Assembly (NCBI RefSeq): GCF_036321535.1
Contig: NC_087437.1
Span: 10,232,001-10,296,000, forward strand
DNA: 64,000 nucleotides
Origin: Camelus dromedarius
Lineage: Eukaryota
Direction of reading: 5' to 3'
In this document: one piece after another, positions 25,513 to 38,785 of the stretch
How positions within the stretch are numbered: the stretch's first letter is position 1
How the letters are laid out: each line of letters begins with the position of its first letter
Notes under the pieces: generated by a model
What the model saw: the letters and a program-made list of their open reading frames with translations, nothing else
Databases searched by the model: none
What the model was told of the DNA's origin: nothing
Program-made: the position numbers and the translations under genes

Positions 25513-25972
25513 TGTGAATGAAAACAGAACAAAGAGTATAACTCATCATCCAGTTTACACAAAGGGTTAAGTCACAGCCCACTGCAGCTACCCATTAACA
25601 GTGCTCCTGGAGGGGAATTCGGGAGGAAAACACAGGCTGAGGCATTCTGTGCTTTGGATAAACTGGCCCCTTAGGTAGTCAAGATGCACATCTCAGGAAG
25701 AATTCTATGACCCCAGGTACTTACATCTTCCTATACATAGAAAAACACTAAAATCATTAACTTGAAATGCCTGTGCTTTGTAATGACTAATAGTCTTTTA
25801 CCAAAATGTGTGCTTGGCTACAGGTATTCCCTAACCAAAAATTTGCATGTGTACTGTGTCCTCCCCTAGGTCTTTGGAGAAGCTCCTCTGAGCAGTCTCC
25901 CGTGCTATAAAACACCCTGAATAAAACTTAAATTCACAACCCTTATGTTGTATATTTTTCTTTAAGTCAACA
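25513..25972 (+). mobile_element. ERV1-class solo LTR (family A)
   Basis: TG...CA ends; AATAAA at ~25920; flanks ggtg/ggca (compatible with a GGCG TSD after CpG decay); homologous to 40062-40526. Confidence 0.75.
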
Positions 25973-26047
25973 GGCAGAACTTGAGATTGTTGGTGAGGAA
26001 ATTCTCTATAGTCTGACCTTGACTTGTCCACATTTCTTTGCATATAT

Positions 26048-26513
26048 TGAAGGGGAGCAAAATAAGCCACCCCTGAACGTGCCACTTGGCACGTAGGCTG
26101 TGTTGAGTCGAAGTTAATGAAGACCCAGCGGACACGAGGAAAACTTTTTAACCTCTCCCTTCACTGCCTAAAGGAATTGAGATAAGGGGGCCTGTACCAG
26201 GAAGAGAGCTATTACCAGCTATAACTTTTTATTTCAGAAACACTTATCAGCCTGGCCTGGCAAACCCTTGTTTACCAGACATCTGCTTTTCTCGTCTTCC
26301 TTTGAACTTTCATTCTCCCCTTTGAAGCCCCAGACCCGTGTCCCCTTCTCCTTAGCTCTGGGTGGCACATAAACCTCATTGTCTGACTGCCTTTGATGCT
26401 CATATTTTCATGGGACTACTGTGCATACAAAATTTGTTTTTCTCCTGGTAATCAGTCTATGCCCACTTAATTATTAATCCAGCCAAAGAACCTAGAAGTT
26501 CTCTGTCCCTGCA
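26048..26513 (+). mobile_element. ERV1-class solo LTR (MER34/MER39-like, family B)
   Basis: TG...CA ends with perfect 4-bp TSD atat (26044-26047, 26514-26517); homologous to 41369-42002. Confidence 0.8.
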
Positions 26514-27937
26514 ATATAAATGAGCCCAACACCCACTGCTGCCCTCACCTTGAAGGGACCTTCACAGGAAGGACAAACATTTAAAAAACCCACAACCTTA
26601 GTTCTATCTCAAGAACTTATATCCCACATTTTCCCTCTGACCATAAGTTGCTTTGTGATTGAGGGTGATATTTCAAAGTAAAACCAGACACACTGACTAG
26701 CGTGATTTTACTTGGTGGCTATTAACAGCCTCACAGAACTTCAGGTGACCATGGGTTAATCAGTTCAGGCTCACTGCAACCCAGGGATATTTCTGCAACA
26801 TGGTTTATTCAAATCTAATCTATTCCTGGAAGTGAATTAGGCAGTGAATTTTCAGCGGGGAGACTCGATCCCATTACTTTAAATGGAAAAGTAAAGATGT
26901 GTTCCTGGCTCATCCAAAATCCCCAGCACACTTCCCTAAATATCACTAAAATCCTTAGACACCTGTATAATAGCACACCAAGGATCTCTGCAGAATGCAA
27001 ACATTTCAAACACCAATTACTGAATTATTGAACTCTTAATGAACTCATTAGTGGGAATGTTTTCTATGTAGTACTTGTAATTATAAACAATATTAAATGT
27101 AAAATATATTTTTCTTCCAGTCTGCCACAAATATGTATTGACTGTAGTAAATAAGCAATATATTAAACATACTAAAGGAGAGCAAACCACTATTTGAACC
27201 GGACCAGGCTGGTGGGGCAGGGGTGGAGGGGGAGGTGGTGCTGAAAAGGGGAGGAGGAAAGGGGTCCAACAACAAGCCAAGCTCCACAGAGGGTACCTGT
27301 GGCTTAACTCCGCAGGGTGCTTGGAGACCACATGGTCACACTCAGAGCTGCTCCCCATGGGGGCGAGGGAGCTGGAGTTGGTTAAGGGCTTGGTTAAGGA
27401 CTGCCTTTGGGATGCCTAAATCCCCAGGTACTTCTGACTCTCCATGCATTCAGACAAAGCAGAGTCTCGAAGCCTGGTGGAGATGGTCCTTCAACCTAGA
27501 GGAGTTGACTGGTGGTGGTGGTACCCAGGCTGAGCACAGCTACCTACATTCCCCACCGATGCAGACAAAGTCTCCAGAGATGAAGTAATTTGTCACATGA
27601 TGACTGAGAGGTTTAGACAGAACCAGCAGGGCTTTTGTCTTCCTTCCTATTTATTTTATTATTTTTGATCACATAAGCTCTCTCAGCTTTCATTTTTCCT
27701 ACCTGGGAATCCTAATCACTTCGGTTTTCACTCATACAAAAGCAACCCATTGACTCTTGAACTGGGTTGTCTTAAGCACTTGTCTTCAAAACTGGCCTGT
27801 TGTGTCTTATCTTTCTAACCTTTTAAATTCAATTGACCAGAAATGGTCCTAACACTTCAGGGGAGCCACAAAAATTAGCTTTGTACATGAGGAAGAAGAC
27901 TTCCTCATTTTGTTACAAGTCAAGGGGCATAGAATTA

Positions 27938-28256
27938 CAGTCATCCTTCAGTAAAAATAGAGGGTTGGTGACAAGACCCACCTCCACCCTGGCTGGGGAC
28001 CCCACAATGCCCAGATTCTCAAGTCCCTTATATAAATGGCATAGTATTTGCACACATCCTCCCGTATATTTTAAATCATCTTTAGATGATTGATAATACC
28101 AATACAATGTAAATGCTGTGTAAATAGCTTCCGACATGCAGAAAATTCAAGCTTTGCTTTTGGGAACTTTCTGGGTTGTTGTTGTTGTTGTTGTTTTTTC
28201 TCTCAAATATTTTTGATACGCAGTTAGTTGAATTCACAGATGCAGAGGGCTAACTG
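27938..28256. mobile_element. TcMar-Tigger MER2-like element
   Basis: TA|cagtca...aactg|TA; ctcaagtcccttatataaatggcatagtatttgca. Confidence 0.88.
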
Positions 28257-29499
28257 TAGATTCATCCCTCATGCAGCTGGAGAGAAGACAGTGAATATTT
28301 GCTGAGGAATGACCTAATCAACCACAAATGATCCGCATAAAATCTCTGCTGTGCATCTGTTTTATTGCATGGTGAGTCTGACTCCTTGGCAACCCAATGA
28401 GGCTGGAGGTATAGGAAGAGACTTGAAGCCCATGTTAATGACAGTAATAATTATAATGATAGTTAACACTTACAACAGCAGGATCCTGTAGGTCATGATG
28501 GTAGCAATTGTTTACTTTCCTCTCATGAAAAATCTTCATCTCGTCTCCTTCAATGTCTTAGGTACGTATCTTTCAACTTGACACTATTCCCTCCTGTCTT
28601 TCCCATGTAACCTTCTATTTGTCCATTTCTATGTAGGTTTTCAAAAATGGATCCAATTCAATATTTTCATTGAGCCCTGAAACACAAGTGGTCTTTGGAC
28701 TTTCATCACCAGGAAAGAGATGTAAGCAGAAGAAAAACAGAATGATGGAGTGATACAGTTATGATGTACATCAAGGCTGAGAGAGCCCACCTTTCTCATT
28801 TTACAAGCAGGGAGAAAAAAAGCCCTGAAAAATCAAGGGCCCCAGGTTATGGAACGATTCCTCCAGCCAAAACTAGAACTTGGGTGGCCAAAATTGAACA
28901 TGGCACACAAAAGGCATTGTCTAAATCTGTGATCAAAGAAGTACCTTCCCCCAACACTACTCCTACAAGACATATCAATTCTATTTGTGTTTTACTAACC
29001 TTCATAAAATGCCTTTCAGCTAGAAAAGGAGCCGAGGCGGGATGGCAGAACCAGAACTGGAGAAGGAGTTCCAGGGTCCTGTCCTGCTCCTTGCTCTTCC
29101 ACTCGCTGGCCAGGACCTGCGGTGCGCCACTTCATCCTGTCACCCGCAGTCCGCTCATGCTGGGAACAGCACCACTTGCTTTGCCGTTGCCAGAATGGGT
29201 TGCTAAGATCCAAGTAAGCACGTGGCTGAATTGTGTCATGATACAAAAAATGCAACTTGTTGCTGTACACCTCACAAGACACGCCTCTGGTATTTCTTCC
29301 CATGTTGGTTTTAAATGAGCCAAAGACTGTGATGAGTTATGAAATATTAAAAGCCTTATCATTTACCCTCAGGGAGATTACAGAGAAGAGAGAATTATTA
29401 TAAATTCATCTACATGATGCAAAAATAAATCACTATGGGCAAAACCAACTAGAAACTTCTGACTTAATATAGAACCAATTTCTCTACAAAGCTATAAAA

Positions 29500-29600
29500 T
29501 GTTCATTCACACACAGCAAAATGTTCACTGAGCTCCCTCCTACGGGGAGACATTGTTCCAGGCATTGGACTATAGCAATAAATGAACAGAGCAAAAAGTA
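29500..29600 (-). mobile_element. L2 3' end
   Basis: ttcattcac...cactgagctcc...gacattgttccaggcattgg. Confidence 0.55.
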
Positions 29601-29617
29601 CAATTTAAAGTTGCCCT

Positions 29618-29856
29618 TTTGTAGACACTGACAAGCATATGTAGAATAGATAAGCAAGATTATACTGTATAGCACAGGGAAATATATACAAGATCTTGTG
29701 GTAGCTCACAGCAGAAAAGAATGTGACAATGGATATATGTATGTTCATGTATGACTAAAAAATTGGGCTCTACACTGGAATTTGACACAACGTTGTAAAA
29801 TGGCTATAACTCAATTTAAAAAAACGTTAAAAAATTAAAAAATTTTTTTAAAATAA
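29618..29856 (+). mobile_element. L1 3' end
   Basis: TSD taaagttgc at 29606-29614 and 29857-29865; same type as the 11212 copy. Confidence 0.88.
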
Positions 29857-30850
29857 TAAAGTTGCTTTTTGCCGAGAGGCCTGCCAATTCCGAGAACAGA
29901 AAATTAATAAATCGATCTGAGTGAGCAAAAGAGACTGAAGGCCAGGCAATGTTTTCCCAGGTTCTGACTTTCTCAATTGTTTGTTTGTTTGTTTGTTTAT
30001 GTTTCTGTTGGCTTGAAACCAGAGCCATCTTGATATCCTGTGTTAAGATGTATCTGCTTCCAAAGGCCATTGACTCTGTGACTGATTTCAATTAAGCCTA
30101 AATAAACACTGATCCCAACTACGGGCCATTTGATCATACGAAGAACGGTCTATCAGTGTGTTTGTAGCAGGTCTGGACGTAGAGATTTTCACACATTTGT
30201 AAGTGCCCAGAAGAGGCTGATAGGAAGAATCAGAGACAGGCAGACTGATTTAAAAAAAAAAAAAAAAATTGCCAAGTGACCATTTCATGGAAATCTTTAT
30301 GGAAATACTCCCTAAAAACTCTAGTCTAAAATTTCAACATGGAGGAAGTATAAATTAAGGATAACGTTGGGGCATTTTCTGCAATTTCAGATATCCTCAT
30401 GACTCTCATACAAAATAAGGAAGAATAGCTTGTAATCCGCCCAGTGAGGTAAAAAGCACACCATTAAGTGCCCTGGTTTGTGGGGCAGAGGAGGAAGAGG
30501 CGTGTGGGAGGGTATCCCTTTATCCTGCATCCATGTACACTGCCAGCTCTAAGTAAGTCCTAGCCCCTCGTGCACGGGAGGGACTGAAAGAGAAACAGAA
30601 GGGCAGTTTAAAACATTGCCCAACGATGTGGTATTAGGGGCGTTTTTATTTAAAGCTGGGGGTGAGGCTCGATCATTTATCTTGCACCTAAATATAAACG
30701 TTCAGTCCTCCACTGAGCTCAGAAGCTTTCTGCCCTCCAAGGAGCAGATCCGAGTGAGCAGAGACTCCCGCCGTACACGCCCACTCGCAGCCCTGAGTCC
30801 CCTCTCAGGGCACTTACGTTATAGGATCAGGATTATTTGCTTTTCCCCTA

Positions 30851-30866
30851 CAGCGCCCTCTAGGCT
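30851..30866 (-). promoter_or_regulatory. CTCF-like motif in a CpG-enriched patch
   Basis: Minus strand agcCTAGAGGGCGCTG matches the CTCF core. Confidence 0.5.
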
Positions 30867-32434
30867 AGGCACTCCCTAAGAGCGGTTGTGATTTCTATCT
30901 TGTAACTACTGTGTGCAAATGCATGGCCTATGTTTCGTATGTTTTTGTGAAATTACTGGAGAGAGGAATGAATGCTGAAAGTCAACACTGCAGAACATAT
31001 ATGCCAACACCTTCTGAGCGCTGCTGAAGGTAGCAAAACACAACAAAGTTCTTCAAACTGAGCTCCTGGGAGACAAGGAAAGGATTAAGTGGGTACCTAG
31101 ACTGTCTTATTCATCATCATCTCCCCAGCCTATGGAAGATGCTTAGAGAATATTGATAAATGTACAGCAAATGAATGAGCCATCAGCTACCTAGAGAAGA
31201 CAGAATAGAACTCTAAGGGTTTATCTCATTTAAAAATGTGTCCCAAATATTGTTTGCTTAACTAATTCTGATGCCTACTATGAATCTTCATCCCTCATAA
31301 TTAGCTCTTATTCAATCTCAAAAAACAAACAAAAAAAAAGGCAATTAACTTCCCCAGTAATTCCTTTCCTAAACAAATCGAAGAATGGAGACTTCTTGGC
31401 TCTTTCTAAAGCCTATCAAAGCAACAATATAAATCTCTCCTTTGGGCATGCCATTGTAAGTCATCCCAACGGCCCTCTTAATTTTAATCATAATATTTTA
31501 CTCATTATTTCATTAAGTGATTCCCTTAAGGAAAACAAATATAAACATGATCGCCTGTGGCTGCATCCACTTTGGCCCTAATAGGTCACTAAGATATGGA
31601 AGAATCTTCTGGTTACAAACAGTGTCTCTGTCTGTGTTTCTCTGTGTTCTCTTTCTATTTCAGCCCACTTTTTGGTAATTCAACTGGTATTCTCGAATGA
31701 GAAGCCACCTCTGTGGAGTTGATCCAGTAAAAGTTACTAAAGAATTAATCTTTTGCCTCCCTGCCCCCCCAACCAAAAAAAATATTGAGATAGATTTTTA
31801 CCACTTCTGTCTATTTTTTTTAGATGATATCATTTTAGACCTGGAAATCTATGCTTTGCTCTGAGGAGCCCTCCTTTTCCTTGCCCAAGTCCAATTACAG
31901 GATGGGTCCAGCCCCTGGAGAATCCAATCTAACTCTTCCAAGTCCCCAAAAATCATCCAGTAGACTCTAACCATATTACAAATAAAATGAGAGGCAGGAT
32001 GAAATTGAAACCTTTTTCTCTTATTCTCAGCAAGTCAGGATTTCTTCTAAATCTTTTTTTTTTTTAAGTGTCTTAAAATATGTTAGCCATGTGTTTGGGA
32101 GAAAGCTAATGAATGGGTTTGTTGAGCAGAAAGCCCTTCTTTTTTTGAATGTGATTTTCTATTTCCTAGATTTTTACCTCACAAATGGCCTTCGGGACCA
32201 CCTCTTGTATTCGGATCTCTTGTGCTGGCATGTAAGCAGAGGAACAACTCTATTGTTAAGTGGGCCACATTTGCTGATTAAAGTGATCTATGGCCTTAAT
32301 TTTGCCATCATAGTGGACAATGTCAGTGCTCCTTCCAGATCCTGAGATACCATCCCAAATGATACATCCTCATATTGTCTCTTTGTGTAACACACATCGC
32401 CTCCCAACCTTAAATTTCACTCCCTGCAGTCAAT

Positions 32435-32795
32435 GCCTGCAGTAATTTTTCAGGACACTGTCCTCAAGCTACTGGAGCCTGCTTTAGCCACAGTACAGGT
32501 CTGGAAGCACCTGGGAATTTACATGTCCCTTGGTGGGTGAAGAGGGAGTAACAGGGATTTACCACTGACTGAAGGGAGCGGGATTATTAAAGCAGAGCAA
32601 CACTGAGTCATAACTTACTCTCCAGAGTTCTGTGGGATCAGGCTGAAGCTATCCTCTAAAAGACACATCCTTCCTTGGTTCTCTCCCCTGCCTATCTCGC
32701 TTCCCCAACATCATTCGTAGTTTCATTTGTGAGCACTTCATTGACAACTCACTATCCCATCAGAGTCCACCTCTAAGGAAACTTTCCTAACACAG
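32435..32795 (+). mobile_element. ERVL LTR16-like solo LTR
   Basis: actctccagagttctgtgggatcaggctgaagctatcctc...tcagagtccacctctaaggaaac. Confidence 0.6.
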
Positions 32796-32924
32796 TCAAA
32801 AAGAAATAATTGTTTTGAAAATGTCAGAGATCATCCAGTAATATAAGCAGTGGGCTTGTTATTATCACAGTATTGTTGCTCAGATTTAAAGGGATGACTT
32901 TAGCTATATAAAGAAATAAGGAAT

Positions 32925-33441
32925 TGTAACAAAAAAGAACAGATCTGACTCTATATATTAGATCTGTTCTTTTGTCTTTAACTCTGTGCCCTGTTTTCTA
33001 GGGTTAGTCATGCTGGTTCTGCACCTTTTGTAAAAGAATATTGCCTTCAGACTGAAATATACAGGACAGCCTATTCTCAAGGCTCTGATCTTTAAGGATA
33101 TTAACACTTTCACACTTATATGAAGATAACAAGTTGCAGATAATGTTTGTTTTGTTAGAGATTTTACAGGGGCACCATGACCTGACCCACGTGGACAGCT
33201 GCGAGAACAAAGAATTCCTTCACCAAGAAGTTTGCAACAACCAGCCACACCCACTCCCCTTTTTAGTATAAAAGGAGCCTGAATTCTGACTTGGGGAAGA
33301 TGGTTCTCCAGGACATTAGTCTGCCATCTTCTCTCATCTGCTGGCTTTCCAAATAAAGATGCTATTCCCTGCCCCAATACCTCGTCTCCCGAGTTTTTGG
33401 CCTGCCGTGAGGCAAGCAGAACGAGTCTGGACTCTGTAACA
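32925..33441 (+). mobile_element. ERV1-class solo LTR (MER41-like) with intact TATA and poly(A) signal
   Basis: tgtaac...gtaaca ends; flanks gaat/gaaa; TATAAAA 33267-33273; AATAAA 33352-33357. Confidence 0.82.
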
Positions 33442-33578
33442 GAAAGTTTCTAAACATTACTTTAGAGTAATTAATAACATATATTGCTAAATTTTAAAAG
33501 AAAGATGTGAAAAATTGTGTGGCTACTATGCTAACATTTATCTAAGAAAGAAGTAGAAATAAAATGCATGTATATACT

Positions 33579-33800
33579 TGTTACAATCTGAATGTGCCAC
33601 CTCCCCAAATTTACATGGTGAAACCCTAACTCCCAGTGTAACTATGTTTGGAGACAGGGTCTGTGAGGAGGTGATATAGGCTCAATGAAGTCATAAGAGT
33701 GGAGCCCTAATCTGATAGGGCTGGTGTCCTTGTAAGAACAGGAAGAAATAACAGAGCTATCTCCTTGCCATGGGAAGGCAGAAACAAAATCAGCCAGAAT
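33579..33800 (+). mobile_element. MaLR MLT1A-like LTR 5' part
   Basis: gaaaccctaactcccagtgt...gagtggagccctaatctgatagggctggtgtccttgtaaga. Confidence 0.75.
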
Positions 33801-33801
33801 C

Positions 33802-34590
33802 TTGACAAACTTTTAGCTAGACTAAGCAGGAATTAAAAATATATATATATATTAAAATTAAAAATTAATTAGGGGGTATCACTATTCACAATAAAAAAAA
33901 TGGAAGGATTATAAAAGAATACTATGAACAATTTTATACAAACAAATTAGATAACCTAAATGAAATGAACAAATTTCTGGAAAGACATAAACTATCAACA
34001 CGGACTCAAGAAGATACAAAGTAGCTAAATAAAACCACAAGTAAAGAAATTCCCTTAATAATCAAAACAATTCTCACAAAAAGAAGCCCAGGCATAACTT
34101 TGCCTCTAAATTCTACCAAACTTTAAAAAAAAGAGTCAACACTGATCATTCATAAACTCTTCCAAAATATAGAAGAAGATGAAATATATTCAAACTCATT
34201 CTATGAAGTCAGAATTACTCTGATACCAAAGTGCAAAGATATCACAAAAAAGAACCAACAGACCAATATCTCTTATGAATATAAATGCAAAAAGTCCAAC
34301 AAAATAATAGCAAACTGAATCTAGTAACATATAAGAAGGATTATACACCATGACCAAGTGGGATTTATATTCTGGAGTACAAGTTCAGTTTAACATACAA
34401 AATGTAATCAAAGAAACACACGACATTAATAAAATAAAGGGCAAAAACCTATGATATTTCAATAGATGCAAAAAAAGTATTTGTCAAAATTCAACATTGT
34501 TTTATGAGAAAAACACTCCATAAACTAAAAGTACAACTCCCTCAGCCTCACAAAGGGCATCTCTGATAAACCCACAGCTAACATCAAACA
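33802..34590 (+). mobile_element. Old L1 ORF2 fragment (linker/RT start), degenerate
   Basis: gaatactatgaacaattttat...aactcattctatgaagtcagaattactctgataccaaa...ccatgaccaagtgggattt. Confidence 0.85.
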
Positions 34591-34899
34591 TTTTTAATGA
34601 TCATTGTTAAAAAGATTTTTGCTATTTTTACATAAAAAATTCTGAGAAATCAGCTTGCTTCTCTAATTCCATATTCACCAAAAAAGAACCAAACTTTCTT
34701 GGAGAAATGGCTGATTCCAAGTCAATAACAGAAAATGTACAAGATGAGCCTGAAAGCTCATATGATGAGAAATCTTAAAGATTGGTGGGGTCATATCTGA
34801 AAAATTTGGAAGCCAAATGGAGCATGCAGAGGTGTATGGATGTAACATACAAGATGATTTTTTTAAATCCCTGAATTCATAATCATACTCAAAAAATTT

Positions 34900-35105
34900 A
34901 AAAAGAGGTACAAACTATTAAGTAAAATGAGCTATAAGGAAATATTGTACAACACAGGGACTATAGCCAATATTTTATAATAACTATAAATGGGGTATAA
35001 CCTTTAAAAATTGTGAATCACTTTATTGTACACCTGTAACTTACGTAATATTGTACATTGACTATACTTCAATAAAAATAGATAGATAGATAGATAGATA
35101 GATAG
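34900..35105 (+). mobile_element. L1 3' end with (GATA)n tail
   Basis: tgtacaacacagggactatagccaatattttataataactataaatgg...actatacttcaataaaaatagataga. Confidence 0.8.
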
Positions 35106-35599
35106 GTAACTTATTGCTTATCTTTGGAGAAAGCTAAGGAATTAACTCATTGAAAATGGGTTAATGATGGAAAAGAATCAAACATACAGGCTACCTTCCT
35201 GCGTAAACTGTACTGCAGGGTAATCAGTTAATGAGGGTAAGTTCATCTTTGTAGAAATAATCTTAGCTAATAAAGAAACAAATGATAGAATAAGAACATC
35301 AGCATTTTAAACACACCTAATGACGCAATGAATAGGCAACAATAATCCATGGCTGTTAACACAAGGAAAAGATTAATCGGACTTTCTATGCCTCCTCATG
35401 AAGGTATATGTAGTAAAAATCATAACTGTATGACCAAGCCCCTAGTTTTAACAACTGATTAATTTAAAAAATACAGAAGACAGAGGGAAATGTTAGCCTA
35501 ATAGCTATGCAATAAACAAACTCCAGAATGTGGAAAACTCTACAAGACAAATGGTCTAGTTTCTTCAGCAAGTAAGTCATAAAGTAGCGCAAAAGATGA

Positions 35600-37515
35600 G
35601 AGGGAGGAATGCAAGTATATTTCTGTGAAGTTATACATGAAGTGGAATGAGAGTAAACTATAAAAAGTCACTGAAAATATTACAAAATGAAGTATGATTA
35701 ATTAGCCAAATGGAGATAAAATAGAAAAATGAAAAATTTTCAAATAACCCAAAACCAGGTAAGGAAAAAAACAAACAATAGACTGAATAAACAGAAAACA
35801 ACCCATAAGTTAACAGACTTAAATCCAACCACACTAATAATTAAATAAAATGTAATAATGTGAGTACCCAAATAATGGCAGAGTTTTTCCAGATTGGGTA
35901 CAAAAGCAAGATCCAACTATAAACTGTGTACAGGAAATCTCAAGATAATCAGTTAAAGGTAAAAATGATAGAAAATGACATACTCTGCAAACACTAATCA
36001 AAGGGAAACTAGAGTGGCTGTGTTAATATCAGACAAGGTACACGTCAGACCAAGAAAGATTATCTGTGGTAAACAGGTTCATTTCATAATGATAAAGAAG
36101 TCAGTAAACCAGGAAGACATAACAATCCTAAATACATATGCACCTAACAGCAGAGCTCCAAAAAGTGAAGCAGGGAATTGCAGATCTGAAAGAAGAAACA
36201 GACAAATCCACAATTATAATAAAAAATCCAACACCCCTCTGTCAGTAATTGATAGAATTAGTACACAAGAAAATACCACAATACTATAGTACAGTATGGA
36301 TACAGAATATATAGACAACAGCATCAAACAACTTGACTAAATTGACTTTTCTAGAACACTTCAACCAAGAAAACCAGAATACACATTTTTTTCAATATTC
36401 ACCAAGATAGACCTCATTCTAGGTTATAAAACAAATCCAACATTTTAAAGACTTGAAAGTATACAAAATATATTTTCTGACTCTAAGAAGTTCATCTAGA
36501 AATTAATAACAAAAATATCAATACATCTTCAAATATTTAGAAACTACTAACACACTTCTAAACAACTCATAGGTCAAAGATAAAGCCACAAGAGAACTGG
36601 AACATATTTTAATTGAATGAAAATTAAAACACAACATACACAAATGTGGGATGCAGCTAAAATAACACTTAAAAATAAATATATAGTGTTAAAGGCTTAT
36701 GTTAGAAAAGAAAAGTGATCTCAAATCACCGATAAAACCTTCCACCTTACTAGGAAAAAAGAGCATTTTGCTGTACACCAGAAATTAACACAACATTGTA
36801 AACTGACTATACTTCAATTAAAAAAAATCCGAAAATGAGCAAATTGAACCCAAAGCAAGCAGAGAAAGAAAAATAAAATAAGCATAAATCAATAAAACTG
36901 AAAACAGAAAAGTGATAAAGAAAATCAATGAAACCAAAAGCTAGTTCTCAGAAAAAAACAGTAAGAGTGATGAATCTCTAGGAAGACTGACCAGAGGGGT
37001 TAAAAAAAAAAAAAAAAAGACATGTACCCATATTGGGAATGAAAGAAAAAATATCACATTAGATCCTAGAGGCATTAAAAGGATAATAAGGAAATATTTT
37101 ATGCCAATTAACTCAACGACTTAAATAAAATAGACAAATTCTATTATTATTTCTAAAAGAAACCAGCTATGAAAGCTCACTCACAATGAAATAGAAAGTA
37201 TAATACAGTAATCCTGTATCTATTAAAGAAATTGAATTTGTGGCTTAAAACCTTCCACAAAGAAAACTCCAGGCCCAGATGACTTTACTAGGGAGTTCTA
37301 CCAAACATATAAGGAACAAATAATATCCATTGTACACAAACCCTTCCAGAAAACAGAGTAGGAGGGAACACTGGCCAGTTCAGTTTATGAGGCCAGTATT
37401 GTCCTAATACAATTACCATGGAAAATATTACAGAAAAAGAAAACTTCAGACCAATATTTCTCATGACACAAACACGTCTCACCGAAATATGAGCAGACTG
37501 ATCGAGCAGTACCTA
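35600..37515 (+). mobile_element. Old L1 inter-ORF region and ORF2 endonuclease/linker, degenerate
   Basis: ORF 35975-36289 VAVLISDKV...HFIMIKKSVNQEDITILNTYAPN matches the L1 endonuclease; many stops and frameshifts. Confidence 0.88.
36766..36831 (+). mobile_element. Very short (~66 bp) L1 3' end inserted in older L1
   Basis: Flanks aaaa(a/t)gagca at 36756-36765 and 36832-36841; terminal L1 motif. Confidence 0.75.
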
Positions 37516-38594
37516 AATTTCAAGGGACAAAAATGAAAGAGGAGTCAATTTAGGTATTAAAGGAGATTTAGGGTACATATCAACTAGAAGTTTCATGTAG
37601 ATCATGTATGGATCCTGATTAAAATAAAACAAAATGAAATCAGAGAAATTAGAACATTTATTCAATTTTTGTTGATATTAGAGGCTTATTGTCAATTTCT
37701 TCAGTGTGATAACAATAATGTGATTATGCTCTTTGAAAAGAGTACTTTAAAGAAACAATTAGCTACACATGCTGGGGAAAAGTACAGATCACATAACATC
37801 ATCTCTAGGATTTGCTTTGAAACAATGTATGTGGTAGTGGTGGTGAGGGATGGGAGGGGTACAGATGAAACAAGATTGGGCACACATTGATATTTGTTGA
37901 AGCTAGAACCACTACACTATTCTCTCTAGTTTTACATATGTTTAAAAATTTCCAGAAGATACAATTTAATAATATAACTTTAATATATAGAGTTTTAAAA
38001 TAAGCGGTTGAATGTACCACACTCCTTACTACATTCTTAAGAGGTTCATTCCACTGAAGAACAACAATAGACTTGTTGAGCTAAAGGTCTTTTCTTTTCC
38101 TTGAAAGGAAGCTATTCACATCTAAGCTTCAATCTCATGTCCCCTCCCCCCAGACTCCCCACCACTGGTTTACTAAGAACATAGTTAAAAGCCTTCATAT
38201 TTCAAGGCTTTTATACAGAGTGGTGGTAAATTAAAACTTACTTTCTTATTGATAACTTCTTCTGTTCCCATCCCAGGAAAATCACTATATGATTTTTTTT
38301 TTCTTGAATATTTACTAAGGGCCAGGAAGTCCCAACTTTACAGAGATGTCAAGTTGAAAATAAAATAAAGAACACCTTTCTTTTCAGTGTCTACTGTGCA
38401 ACAAACTAACTACCAGTGCCTGTCATTCCACTGGGAGATGGTATGAGCTCCAATTTGCAAATGAGATAGCAGTTCAGTAATTTGATCTGTGACCTAAACT
38501 ATGTGTCATTGTTTAAACGACTCATTTATAAGGGTAGATAGGGTGCCAGATAATTTTGTTGGTCTTTGTTTTGTTTTGTTTTGTTCTCTCTGCA

Positions 38595-38785
38595 CCAAGG
38601 GTCAGCAAGCTCTTTCGGCAAAAGGCCAGGTGATAAATCTTTTAGGCTTTTCAGGCCATGTGTCACATGTTCTTCGATGTTTTCTTTTGCTCTGTTTATA
38701 GGCCTTTAAAAATGAAAACCATTCTTCACTCTCGAGTTTAAAAACAGGCCAGATTTGGCCTGTGGGCCGCAGTTTACCAACTGCA
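38595..38785. mobile_element. hAT-Charlie MER58-like
   Basis: caagggtcagcaagc...aaaggccaggtgataaatcttttaggctt...ccagatttggcctgtgggccgcagttt. Confidence 0.8.

Larger units (their letters stand above)
34600..37980 (+). mobile_element. Old L1 (L1MC-like) 3'UTR hosting further L1 insertions
   Basis: cttggagaaatggctgattccaag...aatgtacaagatgagcctg; resumes near 37540 through gatgaaacaagattgg. Confidence 0.6.

Noticed and set aside
28761..29318. 185-aa ORF
   Set aside because: No recognisable domain; overlapping ORFs on the other strand are equally uninformative
33802..37515. Intact or active L1
   Set aside because: Separate, out-of-order, heavily degenerate ORF2 fragments
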